A stretch of DNA of 64,000 nucleotides from the human T2T-CHM13v2.0 reference genome, Homo sapiens. The stretch lies in assembly GCF_009914755.1 (NCBI RefSeq), contig NC_060925.1, one strand, 5' to 3'. Every line of letters begins with the position of its first letter. Positions within the stretch are counted from its first letter, which is position 1. Below, one piece after another: positions 44,987 through 59,000 of this stretch. A program made the position numbers and the translations under genes. The notes under the pieces were generated by a model. The model ran no database searches and was not told the DNA's origin. It was given only the letters and a program-made list of their open reading frames with translations.

Positions 44987-45910
44987 CAACTGCATCTTTA
45001 CTTATAACTGTCCTAGGACTTTTATCATCCACAATTATTCTTTTCTGTTGATTCTTCTCAAAAAGTGACTTATAATCATCTGCAGCCCAGGGCTTCCTTC
45101 TTCAGGGGAGTTCATGAAAAGGTCTCTAGAATGCAGGTTTCTGATAACCCTAAATGTTGTGCCATGAGATTAGAGGGAAAACTTTCAGGACTCTAATTGA
45201 ACGGCTGATGTGTTTATAAAGATTCCTAATAAAATATGAAGCAGAGCAGAAGTTGATTGCATGGACTGAACTAATGAATAACTGAAATAATTTTTATGGC
45301 TTTTTTCTTGTTTGAAATGTTGCTGATTCTTTTTGCTTTGTTTCTCAGAGGCTGGATCATGTTTTTCTTTTGAGCTATTTATAGACTTTAATGATTGAGT
45401 AGAGTATACTCTTGTAAACAGAAGTTGAGGCCTATTTCTCTTTCCCTCTGCCTAATATCTAGAATTTGTAAACTATTTATGAATATTATTAATTCATGGC
45501 AATGTGCTTGTTCACATATGTTTAATAAGAACCTATGGGATGCAGTTGGGGAAACTGGTTTTCTTCCTAAGGCTTTAACTGAAATGGCCTTGTGAGAGGT
45601 TCCAGCAAAGACAATTTAGGAGAACCTATATGGACAATGTTTCTTGTTGCAGATTGTATAGGTAATCAGGCCAAGTATATGGGACTAAAGCTTATTTGGC
45701 AGGTGGGCTGGTCTTGTGATTTGTCTTTGGTGGCAGTAGGATACTGGAGAGAGAAAGATTGTGTTTCAAAAGGAAACTATAGTAGTAGATTAACCTTTGT
45801 TTCCTGGGTAGCCACGTGGACAGCCATGGCATGGAGCTGCCCACAACACCCCTCCTCAGCATGAAGCAGCTAAAAGATTGCCAGGTGGATTCCTCATGAT
45901 TGAGGAGTTG

Positions 45911-45934
45911 AAAAATAGAAAGGTAGGGGTGAAT
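45911..45934 (+). promoter_or_regulatory. Polypurine tract of the provirus
   Basis: aaaaatagaaaggtaggggtgaat immediately before the 3' LTR. Confidence 0.75.
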
Positions 45935-46423
45935 TGAAACTGACCTAATTGTCCCACAGAACTTAGCTTTATAGCTTCTGTTGAATACACATAGAAATGA
46001 ATTCTCCCAGTCTTGAAACTTGAGAAAGTTCCTTTGTTTTATTAAAGTTTCTTTCTCAGGAAACCAACCTTCAGGCCTTCTAGATAGTATCATGGAATTG
46101 AAGTTTACTAGGTCACTGCATCTGGACAATAAGATGCTAGACCCTTCACCCATCATGATTACCTATCTGACCACCTGCTTTGTGTTGACCAAATTATCTT
46201 TCTTACCCTTTCCTAATTCTTGTTTTTCTACATGTAGTTACATTTCTGTCATATAATGCCGTAATTTTAGTCAGTCAGGGAGATGAATTTGAGACTGAAC
46301 TCCCATCTCCTGGGCTGCAGCACCTGAATAAAACCTTCCTCCCTGGCAGTACTTGTTTCAGTGATTAGCTTTCTGTGTAGCAGGCAGCAGGATCTAGACC
46401 AAATCTATGATGTTTCAGTAATA
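45935..46423 (+). mobile_element. LOR1a-like 3' LTR
   Basis: tgaaactgacctaattgtccc...tgtttcagtaata; aataaa ~46327. Confidence 0.88.
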
Positions 46424-49400
46424 GAAAGAAAAAAAGAATTCATTTAAGTTGCAGGGACTGAAAGAGTACAATACCCTGGGATTTTGTTTTCTGGCTAGAG
46501 TTTGAAAACAGAAGCTTTATTATGTGTTCAGCAACCCTAATATAAGGGAAAGAACAAGTAGATTGGAAGCATAATTCTCCTAGAAGTTTCCTTGGACCCT
46601 GAGAAGGGCATAGATTAGACATAAACATTTCTGTGTGCCCAGTAATGAGGAAGAAGTAAGTTGGTAGAAGTAAAATGGTAGACAGATCAGATGTGAGCAT
46701 GTATGCATGAGCACAGTTAGAACATCAGAGTGATGGCTCTTTTGAAGGTATCTATGAGAAGTCTAAAGGTGTGATTACACAAATGATTGCCATCTGTTAG
46801 TTCCAACACCGGATATCAAGAAAATAGAGTATAAGTGTTATGATTGGCCACTTCGAAACAACTAAAAATGACATGAGCTCCATAGTCACTGCTACTTACC
46901 TGCATGAGTGATGGTCTGTAAACTTCACCTCTCTACTTGGAGACGAAGGAGAAAATCTTTAAATTGAGGAATGGGCTTCAAAATTAAAAAAAGTATATAA
47001 TCCATTGAGACTTGGATTTTTCTTTTTAAATTCTAAATGGGCTTTTTACTTTTGTATCTAAAAACACACGAATTTTTGCTGCTGAGGTGAATTTCACTTA
47101 GGAAAATAAAGACAGAATCATTCTTGAATTCTGTAAACAATCATAACTGAAAAAGGATGCCTACTACCAATATTTTTATCTTGGAAGAACTTATTGGAGT
47201 GAAGAGAAAGCAAAGAAATAAAGGAGAAAAGTGAAAGAAGCAAGCAAGCAAACAAAAGAATCCCTGCAGCTACAGATACCAAAAGAGTAATTTTTAAAAA
47301 CTGCATCTGTATTAAGCTATATATCTTAACACTGTTATATTGTTATATTCTGTCTTTCCTTGCTATGTTTATAGTTTCAGTTATATGAAACTATATTTGA
47401 AACAAAATCATATACTATAATTTGTTTGTAATAAAGAGTGAAATGAGAGAATAATGTATATTTTCATTTTACATGCTCTATCAGTAATAAAACCAGGAAA
47501 GGAATGAATACATTATATGAAAGGATTTATGTGGGAAATATATTATTCTTATTTCAAAATTCTTTCAGAATTAAGCTAAATATTTTTATAGTAATAGTAT
47601 TGATAATAAATCCTGTTTTTAACTTTTGTATTTATATGTATATGCTAAGTAAGCTACATGGGTTCATATATATTTTTCTCTCAGTATCTATAGACACACA
47701 AATAAGGATAATATATTTTTTAAAAGTTTATATTATAAAATATTGTATTTAAGTCTTTCCTTAATAGGCTTGGTCCAAAGTCTGCTAATATTCTCTTGAG
47801 GCTTTATTTTTTTATATCAGCTAAATAAAAATATAAAATTCATTAATACAAGGAATTAACATAATAGGCCTTTAATAAGTCTATACCAGAGTTTGAATTC
47901 GATGGTAATCATTTTTTTAATTGAAGATGAGAAATTAGCTCTTTATGTGTCCTATTATGCTGACATTTTCTTCACATGACCCTAGATTAGTTCCCTTGAA
48001 ATTCCCAGCTCCTATGTTTTGCCATTATTCAGTATATGAAGCTTTAAAGCAGCTTAGTATTCTCTTAAATCATTCTGTCACTTGAGATCCACCCCTAATT
48101 CCTCACATTTTACTCATTAATGTGCAGCCTTTCTAGTGTAATAAGTCCTAGGGAAATTCACACTCAAATGTTCCCTTTTCTATGTTTCTCTCACTTATTG
48201 GAAAAGTTTTCTGAAATTTGCCATTTAAATAGGTAGCAAAATTTAAAACCAGAGCTATTGAAATGTTGACAATGACTAAAATTTGTTTAAAATACTTATA
48301 TAAAAAATTCTTTTTACCTGTTTCCCAATTATAAAAAAGTGAAATGAGTATTTTTCTAACTTCAGTAAGTTCATCACACTATTACATAATTTAAATTATC
48401 AAAATCTGTCCCCACAGCACATTATCAATATTAGTATTTTTCCCTGCTAGACATTTCCCCTCTTTCTGATGACTAAGAAGAACTACATTGATTATCACAA
48501 ACAAATATTTAAATATGATTTTTAATTTTTCTACCAGTACTTTTCACTTGCTTAGTGGGATCTGAACCGATTTTTTCTAACAGCAGGAATATATTTGGTC
48601 AAAATATGACCAAATACATACTTAAAACCTCAGAAGTGTAAAAAAAATAAGCTGGAGAGTTATTTGGTTGTTATGACTAGAGAAGTGGATTAGAAAAGGT
48701 TTGATTTTGTATGAGTGGTGCTATACTCTAATATCTTTCCCTAGAGATCTTCTAGCTTTGACTTGACTCTCCTCTTTACCTAGAACACTTAGGTATTTCT
48801 ATGATTTTGTTGGGAGCACATCAAGGGCAAGAGATATTTTAAGCATTTCTGTGTTTGGCTCATAATAGGCGTTCCATAAATGTTGAGTGATGACTGAACA
48901 GACTCTTGAATGCAGAGAGGCTGAGTGATTACCAAAGGGTCAAGATCTAGAGGTCTCAGGATAGGTTGTTCATCTGGGATGGAGAAAGATTTGGGTCACT
49001 GAAGGCAAAGCACGTCATCATTTTGCTTGAGGTTGGTGCAGGTTTTAGAATTGAATAGTAAAAATGGGAGGATAGAAAGAGAACGTTATATATGCTTTTT
49101 ACTCTGCTAGACCATTAATGAGTGGTATTTTAATTACAATTTACAACCTTATTGAATAATGATAATAATATCTAACTTACACAGGAGCAAATGAAATGAC
49201 AAGACTTGACCAGAATAATATTAGTGAAAGGGTCTTTCAGACTGTGTTTATTCTTCTTTCATTAGATAGTGCTTCTGCTTGTCAGTCCACTAGCAAGTGA
49301 CAAAAGACTTTACCTCGTGAAAAATTTTTAGCATCACTGCTACCAATATAATTAGTTATAGTTATATACTGCTTACTATTTGTAAACCATTTTTATAAAG

Positions 49401-52400
49401 CCCTAATATACATTATCTCAAATTTTGTTACAACTCTATGAGGCTCAAAGGACAATTATTTCCACTTTATATATGATACAAAATTAAGTTGTAAAATAAT
49501 AAAATAATTGATAAGTTTACATGCTGATAGTAGAATGTATCGAACTCAAATTAATATTCTAGTTCTAAATCCATTGTTCCCTTAACATCATATGAAGATC
49601 CTTACAATAATTAAAGAGTACTATTAATTACATATTCTCTATTAAATATCTTCATCCTGGAAATGATCTCCTAGCATAATCTTATGCATAATTCCTGACT
49701 TTGTTTTATTCCCTCCTTATCTCCTCTTCTTCATCCTCAGATATATTATCTATTATAGCTCAATATCTTGGCTAATATCCATTAATGGTGGCAGCTATTA
49801 GAATATTTATTAAGTTACTATTGTTTTGCTTAAATGAATATTTATGCCTTCCATTATGAAATGTCATTTTGTGAGTCTAAATAATTGCCAAAGTTTACAA
49901 AAGTGTGTACATGAATAATAAACATTATATGTTTAAGATCTAAGCTAATTGACAGAAATAAGTGACTATTTCACTAGAGACCTCTTAGGAAAAAATAATC
50001 AGAGATGACATGAACATAATTAGGGTCCAATTTGTTTCCAGTATTTATTAACCTTAAGTGCATAGGCAGTGAGGTGAGTTACTTAAATCAAAAGGAAGAA
50101 GTGAAATAAAATCATGAAAGGTTAAATGTGTAATATTCATATTTACATGTTTTATAGAGAGCCAATTATGTGTCAGGTTGTGGGGATAGGTAATCATTTA
50201 AGCTTTATAATATCTTCAAAACATAAAACAAATTTCTTTAAAATATAGATACTTTAATATTTTGCAAATAATGAAACTTAATCCCATTGAAGTGATATGA
50301 CTTTCCCAAGGCCTTCTAAGTAGCAAATGGTAGAGCCACTCTCCAAACCTAGGCTTTCTGGTCAGCAAGATTATTTTCATTGTACTACATCATATTTTAT
50401 CATATAATGGAAAGGCATAATAGGTGAGGTTTTTTCTTCTTATTCATCAACAGTTTGGTACAATTCATGAACCTGAATATTTCTCTCTTTCACTCTTTTC
50501 TTGATTATAAACTCTTGTCTGTTCTTTACTTTGTTGCATGAGAGTTAATACACCCAAATGAGGAAAAGTTTACTTTCCTTGTACCTTTAGCCATAAAGTA
50601 TTCTTTGATATTTCATAAGACTATATAAAACTAAATTATACCGAATGGAGAAAACAAATTTATTTTGTCTGTTGCAGAAGAATTTACAGTAAATAGTGAT
50701 GAAATTACCACATCTGTCAACTGGCTGCTGAGTATATATGTGAGATATTGATGCCATTTTCCCTCCTAAAGTAGTATTTCCCATTGATTTATGGCTAAGT
50801 ATATGACTAATAAGAAACTGCCAAATTAAAACACCTGAGCTGATAATTTAAGAAAATACTCAAAGTGAAAATAGAGTCACCAAAGCTTCACAATTAATGT
50901 AGTCATGGCTGGATAATTTTTAAGTAGCAAACACGCACACATTTTATTGTTTTACGTGAGGTGATGCAGGATATATAATACTGATTGAGCTCTGCACTAG
51001 TGAAATAGAGGCTTCTGGGAGAAAGACACATTTCACACCTCAGGGGCTTTTTGCAAACTGAAATTCATGCTTTTTTTTTTTTGTCAGAGAATTCTGGTCC
51101 TAAAGGTTTATCTTTGTCAGATATATCCCATAAATGATTTTATATCTTGATTTTTAGTTCAGCTTCCTACAGAAAAATTTAAGGAATATTTGCATCAAAT
51201 TATTTATTTTCTTATTTTTATTCTTTTAACATTTAGAACAATTCCGAAGCTAATATCAAGAAACTTTTTTTTTTTTTATAAACTGAGATGAATATGCTTT
51301 TACCCACTGGTGATCAGCAAGAAAAGGCCCTCTCTTTGTAATTCTTGGCTTGAATAATTCATTTTAGTATTTCTGTTTCTATCCTTTAGGAAATATTTAT
51401 AACAAGCTTGCTGCACTTAGTAGCACTTCACATAGCTAATTACTGATATTACCATAGAAGCTAAAATTAAATTTGAAGCAGTAAACAACTTCTTATACAA
51501 GTATTTTTCATATGTTAAAGAATTCTGCAAGTATTCTGAACTTGAAATCTAACCTAGGTCTTTGTAGGAGGAATGTTGGGAGAACAATACACATTTATAA
51601 TTAAAGCTGGAAAAGTAGCTTAAATAAAAGGGAAAGCATTTTGAGCTCTGGTATTTATCTTGAAAATTATATTGGTGATTAGAAGTTCATTTCCTTTGAA
51701 TACATTTCCATCAATGGAAAGGGCAAAGGAAGAAAAGAGCAGTGGAAAGAAGATATGTTAATGAATTAGACTTCTTAAAAAAGTGCTCACTATGTGCAAA
51801 ATCATTCTGCTAATGCTTTATGAGCTGGCTCTTATCTGAACCTATTTATGAAATGATAGTAATGTGTTACATAGCAATTGAATCTCAAATTATTTTGTGG
51901 CTGAAAATATCCTTCTCCTCTCTGTTTTTGCATAGCTCCAGAGCTTTCAAACTTCAAGTGCTTAAGCTCCAACTCTTCCATTATGCATTTTGCTCCTCTC
52001 TCTCTCTCAAATCCCTGTTGAGGATCGTCTCCATGTACTGGCAGTTTCCTCCAGTCCCTGTGATCATTTCCCTGTGATCATTTGAGGTGATTTAATGACT
52101 GGACAAATAAAGATAATTATTTGATAATGTGTTATTTCTCAGATAACATTTCCAATTAAATAGTAATTTTAGTGGGAATTTTAGCAAGTGGAATTAGTGA
52201 GAAATGCTCTTGCCACTCAAAATATACTGCAGGAAGCTGACGATGTTGTATAAACAGTCTTGTAGTTTAAAAATATTAACATGTTAATCAACAATATAAT
52301 AACACATAATTGGGGTAAATTTCAAAGTAAACAAGGTTCTATCATGACAAACTTTCCCCTCCTTCTAGATATCTGCTCCTGGCAATACTCTCCTTAGGCC

Positions 52401-55398
52401 ATCTAGTCCCCTTCTGCACAGTTGATGTCCCCTGGTAATACCCACTTATTGTAGACTGCCCCATGTAGACCTTTTTTCCTCGGCTGCCTTCTTATCCTCA
52501 AGTTCACAGTCTGGTCGCTGCTGTATTCCAAGGCAGTGAAAAAAGACTTGTTGAACAGATGAAGGCTGTCATTGTTTTATACAATTGGATCAGTGTAGGT
52601 CAAAGCAAGAAAGCAAGGCTAGGTGAGATTTAGTGACTGGTAGGAAATGGTTATCATAGGAAATTATGCCTGTATGAGAGAAAGTCAAGTTCAGGTAATT
52701 CAGTATCAGTTGGATTGCTGAAAGGCAAGGAAAATATGTAAGCAAGGACATGCATAGTAATAAAGATGTCTTTTCTGTATCATTTTAATAACTTGTGATG
52801 GCATCTTTTATAGCATTTATTACACTTCAGTAGAATTACTGAATTTCTTATCTCTCTCCTTCAAGAGACACTGAATTCCTTGAGTTCATGGATTGTGCCT
52901 TTGGGCTTTGCATTCTCAGTGTTCACCATTTAATAATGTCAAGTAAATACATACATATTCAATAATTATAAGTGAATTATTGTTTTAGAAAGATTTCTCT
53001 GCCGGAGAGGTTCTTTTATTCTGTACTCTTTGAGACATTGCTTTGTCCTCTACTTGGAAACTTGACTTAGTAAGGCTTACATGTTCATAATTTATACAAT
53101 CATCAATCATACTATATGTGTGTTGAGGGTGAGGGACCCTAGAGAAAAAAGTGACTCAATTCACATTTTGTAATAAGTTAAATCAGAAAAAGAAATTAGG
53201 GATTTGCCTTGAGCCTGGTTTTTCTGTTCCTCCAATAACTTTATAGTCAGGTAATATCCAGTGTTACATAACTTTCTGCTTAAAATAGTTAGAGTGAATA
53301 ATTCAAAATGGAGAGTAATTATGATCTGCTGGGATTGGATTCAATAGTAAAAATTATAGTCTGCCAAAGTGACCCCTTGTATTTTCCTGCTTGTGTTCTC
53401 TACATCCTTACTCCCATTCACTTAGAATCAGATAACTCATGTCATATAAAGTACTAATTTTGTTAATTCAAATAAATCCTTTTACATTTGAGATTAGGAT
53501 AATTTCTTTTATATATATATATATATATATTTTTTTTTTTTTTCTAGCAACAATGTACTGCCTGGAATATAGTGACCATAAGGGAATTGATAAGGCCTTT
53601 TAGATTATCTTCTTAACTAAAGTTAGTATTGGGTTTCAAGACATAAGAGCATAATATTTCTTATGCAATTTAAAAGTGTTACTCTAAAAGAGAGAATTTA
53701 GTCCTGGAGAAAGAAAAACTCTTCTGGAGTCAGTGCTTCTAATATTACACTATGTTGCTTAGTCACCATTCTACTTTTTTGTCCTTGTGTAAGGAAAACC
53801 ATACCATCACTGGCATTGTAGAGAAAAGAAACCAAAAAATAATGGCCAAGGCAGCTTTTTGAATATTTTAGAAATTAAATGATGAAGACAATAGGCAAAC
53901 TATTAGTCTATTAAAATCCCTTTATAAAACTTGAACTCAGATTTTGAAAATTTTATAAAGTTGGATGTATTCGATCTACTTACCCAAAATTTAAAAACTT
54001 CACGTGAAGTTTATAACTAGAGTATGTAATTGAGTGTTTCCTGACATGTCTCCTTGAGATGCAATGTTGGATGAAGACATTTATACTGGAAATCCTACAA
54101 AGTATTTTTCTGTCCCCTAATAATACTATTGTGTTATTTACGTAAGAGCCATGATTGAGTAGGGACTAAATTTATAGTTAATATATTTGGATAGGGATAC
54201 ACTTTCCTAATCAATTTAAGATTCTCAGTTCCTGAAACATATAGATATGTTTTCTTATGTTTTTTGACCCATTAGGGATTTCAGCAGCAAAAAAAAAAAT
54301 TCAGTCTCTGAAAAATATACTGTTCTTAGTTGGTGTGTAAAGTGCTACCTCTATACTCAACTCTACAAAGTGCAGGAGTAGTTTTGCCTAAAATGGAGTA
54401 TAATGAAAGTTAAAGAAAATTTCAAATGAGTCTATAATTCTGCTTTTATCAGAAAAGACAAAAACTTCAGACTGTGTGTCAGGATAAAAGACAAGGGGAA
54501 ACAATATGCTTTAAAAAAAGTTCAAGTCTCACTTTACAAATCACTGAATATCAGATTTTTTTCTGGGAGATGTAAAAGATATTTCATCTAAGTGCATTGC
54601 GTATTGGAGAAAGAATGAACTGAAAGAGTTTTATTCAACTTGTTACAACATATTCGTGCCCTGGGAGACTCTTCTATTTACATGAGAATGCATTAAAATA
54701 TATCTGGATGGAGAGCAGAAAAATCAGAGGTAACTAAAAATCCATTTCTAGTGATTTTGGAATTCAGAAGGCTACTGTTTCTGCTTTCTCTCCCTTCTTT
54801 TCTTCCTTCACCTCCAAATCTCTTCAACATTTAATCAGGACATTCCATTTATTACAAATACTCTAGATTTGATAGTTTGTTAAAATTATATTGATTACCA
54901 AAGTATCTTTTTGTATCTTCATAAACTGGAGGTTCATTATGTCAGAAAATTGTGTCTCTCTATATAGCAATATATTATCACATGTGAAAACATGAGTTTG
55001 TAGCACAATTAATAGGTTATTTTCTTTGTTACTGCATTTTCTCATTGGTGATCTTGCTCTAAGTATTTCCCATTTAGTATTATAACTTTCCATCTTTAAA
55101 AAATAATTGTGTTGAAAGAATTCAGGTAATTTGTGCTTTAAAAAAGAATATCTTTTTAAAATGTCATATAATAAAGCATGAAATATTAAATACCTTGTTT
55201 AATTACATTTCTAATTAAATTTCTTCAGATACTCTAAGTATCTACTATATGGCACACAATTATAAAATGTCTGTGATTAAAATAGGTTACTGTTAATGTT
55301 AAAAGGATGCCTGCCTGTTTTTTAAAAAATATATTCAATAATTTTAGCAAATGAGGTACTAAGTGGTCCAGATGTGTGTTTACATATTCCCCCACTCC

Positions 55399-56095
55399 CT
55401 GTCATCCCTCCATATCCATGGGCGATTGATTCCAGGACATTCCCTGTGAATACCAAAATCCATGGATGCTCAGGTCCTTTATATAAAATGACAGTATTTG
55501 CATAGGATAACATAAACATATCCTCCATATCTTTTAAATCATTTCTAAATTACTTATAATACCTCATACAATTTAAATGCCATGTAAATATTTTATATAC
55601 TGTATTATTTATTTGTATTATTTTTTATGGTTGTATTTTTAATTTTTTTCCAAATATTTTTTATGAGAAATAGATTGAATCTGCAAATGTGGAAGGTATT
55701 ATTCCATTTTCATGCTGCTTATAAAGACATACCTGAGATTGGGCAATTTACAAAAGAAAGAACTTTAATGGACTTACAGTTCCATGTGACTGGGGAGGCC
55801 CCACAATCATGGTGGATGGCAAGGAGAAGCAAGTCACATCTTACATGGATGGCAGCAGGCAAAGAGAGAGAGCTAGTGCAGGGAAACTCACATTTTTAAA
55901 ACCATCAGATCTAGTGAGACTTATTCACTATCATGAGAACAACATGGGGAAGACCTGCCCCCATGATTCAATTAGCTCCTACCTGCACTCTCCCACAACA
56001 TGTGAAATTATGGGAGCTACAAGATGAGATTTGTGTGGGGACACAGAGCCAAACCATATCACCTAGCCTATGGATACTGAGCAGGAGGGCCAATA
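55399..56095 (+). mobile_element. MER2 (Tigger-type) split by THE1
   Basis: gtcatccctccatatccatggg..ataccaaaatccatggatgctca..ttgaatctgcaaatgtggaa, resuming as ..tggatac..gagggccaa after the THE1. Confidence 0.85.
55696..56061 (-). mobile_element. THE1B-like solo LTR
   Basis: Reverse THE1: gtattattccattttcatgctgc...gccaaaccatatca. TSD not recognisable. Confidence 0.92.
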
Positions 56096-59000
56096 GGCAT
56101 GTTTGTATTTTTCTGGTATTTTCTATCTTTTGTGCTTTACCCACATGTAAAGTTATTTTTTAGCCATTAATTGCCACATATTGTCTTTTTCAGGCTGGAA
56201 GCTTATCATGGGCCTGGATCTTGTGCTATTCAAATGTTTTCACCGATGCCTACAACTGTATTTGGCACATAGAAGTAAGTAAATGAATGCCAAAAGAAAG
56301 AATCAGTTTGTTCTCCTACATAGTGTAACAGATACTGGGAATTGACTTGCTTAGTGTGCATTGAGGAAAAGTAACATGACTGTGTCATATAAGTGGAAAT
56401 GTGACCTTTTGGAAGCATGATGGCCATGACATTCTATTTTTGTGGGAAAGCTTTGGTAAATTTCTGTTACCCAGTCCCAAATGTTATATGTCCAGAGCAG
56501 CAGGGGTAGAACAGTGGTGTTCTGAATTGTGCTTGGACACAAGGCTAGTCAGTATTTATGGCTGTTAGTATCCAAGTTCAATTTTCTGGCCCTTTCAGAG
56601 ATTCTGAAAGCTACTTGATATGTTTTCATAGACAGGTTTCTGCTTAATTAGCCCAGTTGGATTCTGTTGTTTGCAAATATGAACACTAATCAATAATCAG
56701 AAAGAGTGTAAAAATGTGATTACAGCAAATTCTCTTAATTGGAAGATGGGGAAGATGATAGAAATGTGGATGAATGAATGTGTTTTATTTTTGCATAAAT
56801 TCTGACAAACAGGTTTCTGTTCTAAAGTGCAGAAATGCAGTTACTTTGTTCATTTGACATATTTTAATCACAGAATATAAATAGTAATGCCTCATATTGT
56901 CTGCATTTCTAACGTTTCTTTAGTGCTTTCACATTATTTCATTTTATAGTTATAATAGCCCCAAAAAGTAGGTATTGCCCATGACTTCCATGCTAATAAG
57001 AGGAAAATTCAGAAGTAGATGTGAATGTCTCATTTTTAATTCATGCTCTATCTGAAGGTTTTTCTCTGCATGCTTACTTAGGCTATGACTGCCATTAAAT
57101 ATGTGGATGGCCATATAGCGGTGATGTATACTTTTGTTTCTACATTTATTTAAGGGTCAAAAATAGTAACTGTCTGGATGTTTTCAGCTTGAATGACAGG
57201 TAGCCTCTATACATTGATTACATTATGAACTGGATATATGTCAAGTCATCTCTAAGATGTGGAAGGAGTGATAGCTTTGGACATTACTAAATCTATTTAG
57301 TTTTCAGTTTAGAAACATCTAGTAATAAAATTTTCAATTCTCAATATTATATTTCTTAAAAATTAAAAATATATTATCTAATTATTTTCATTTAGACCAA
57401 TTTTATTTTAAAATGGTTAAGAGAAATGGTTTTTAAATCTTGTTGGTTCATATAGTCTCAGCAAAGGACTGAATTCATTTCCCACTAACAGTGTCCTTAA
57501 AAGAGATGATGATATGATGTGAAACCTCCATTAATAATATTTGCACTCATCATTGCTATGAAATCATAATAATAAAATAAATGTATGGTAATAGACTTCT
57601 GTGCTCACCAGTGCATTATGGTATTCCATGTTAATTTGACAAGAGCTTTTCCTAAATTCTAAGATTTAACTTTGCAAAAATGTTTCTGTAACTTACGAAT
57701 ATGCTGTGTAATAAATTATAAAAAGTAGAAAATAGAATGTGAAAAGATTTTAGTTTCCAGTAATACTTAGAGGTCATATATTTTCAAAAATCACAGTGTA
57801 TTTTATGCTAGTTGAGGTAATATTTGGAAAGCATGCTAGTGATTACTCTTTATTTCTCAAGATTTTACATTTAAAACCAGCTTTGATCTGAATGGCATGG
57901 ATTTTTTTCCCAGAAAAAAACGCGTTTGATGGTACCGATGTCATGTGTTTAAGTTTGTAGCTTGTATTTCTGAATAATTGGTTTCTCAGGTAAGAGGCAT
58001 TCAGAAACACATTAATATTCTCATGTTACTAAGATGTGAATGATGCATTGTGATGGTAATTTCACAAAAGATGTCCCAGAGTTTTCGAAGAGCTAATGCC
58101 ATCCAGCTAGTAATTAATAACATCCAGAAAAATGTGTAATATTTCACTTGATTATAAAGTACTTAAAAATAAAATTACTTATGGGAAACAATATGGAAAA
58201 ATGTACTGTTAATAAAAACATGCCTAAAGTTAGCAATGCTGAATTGGCATCATGTTAAAAATGTTTTTTTTTTTAAATCTGTAGATATTGACACTGAGTT
58301 TTTCATTATTGATGGGAGTTTAATCTTTTTCCAGAGACTTGTTGAAACTTTTAATGGATAACAAAAGAATTATCTTTACACATGGTGGTATGTAACATAG
58401 GTGATAAAGGAGGCTTGGTGTGCTCATGGATATTGATTAGATTGGGCTATCAGTTGGGTATTTCAGAGCATTGAAAGTTGATGGTCCATTGCAAATTTTA
58501 ATTTTTAAAATGTTTTGTTTTACACTGGTTGTAAATAACCGGATACAAATGTTTATATCATACCACATAAATTAAAACTTTATAGTGAGAGAAGCATTTT
58601 AAAGATGTGCAATTGTATTGGCCATTATATTGGGGATAAATCTTTATCGATCTGTGTTATTGAAATATATTAGTCCTGATGAGATTGATTTTGTTTTTTA
58701 AGGGAAGAACAACATTAAAACAAGGCAATGCTAACTGGCTCAGAGCTTGACTAGTATATAGAATACTCTGAAATGGGGATGATAATGTGAGTCATTGCTT
58801 ACTCTGTTGGTTATACAGAAAAATCAAATAACAAACAAAATCAAAGAAGGCGTTTGTCCTGTAGGCATATTAATTAGGGACAGAATAGTATGAATATTTT
58901 GAGGACCATCATACATACTGGACTTACATGTTCACGTCTTCTCCCCTCATCCTATTGCATATCTAAAACACATCCATCTGCTACTTGGTTCACTGATTTC

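Noticed and set aside
57901-57995. Candidate ~75-bp exon (ttttttcccag ... cag/gtaaga)
   Set aside because: Splice-like pairs are common by chance and there is no coding or transcript support.
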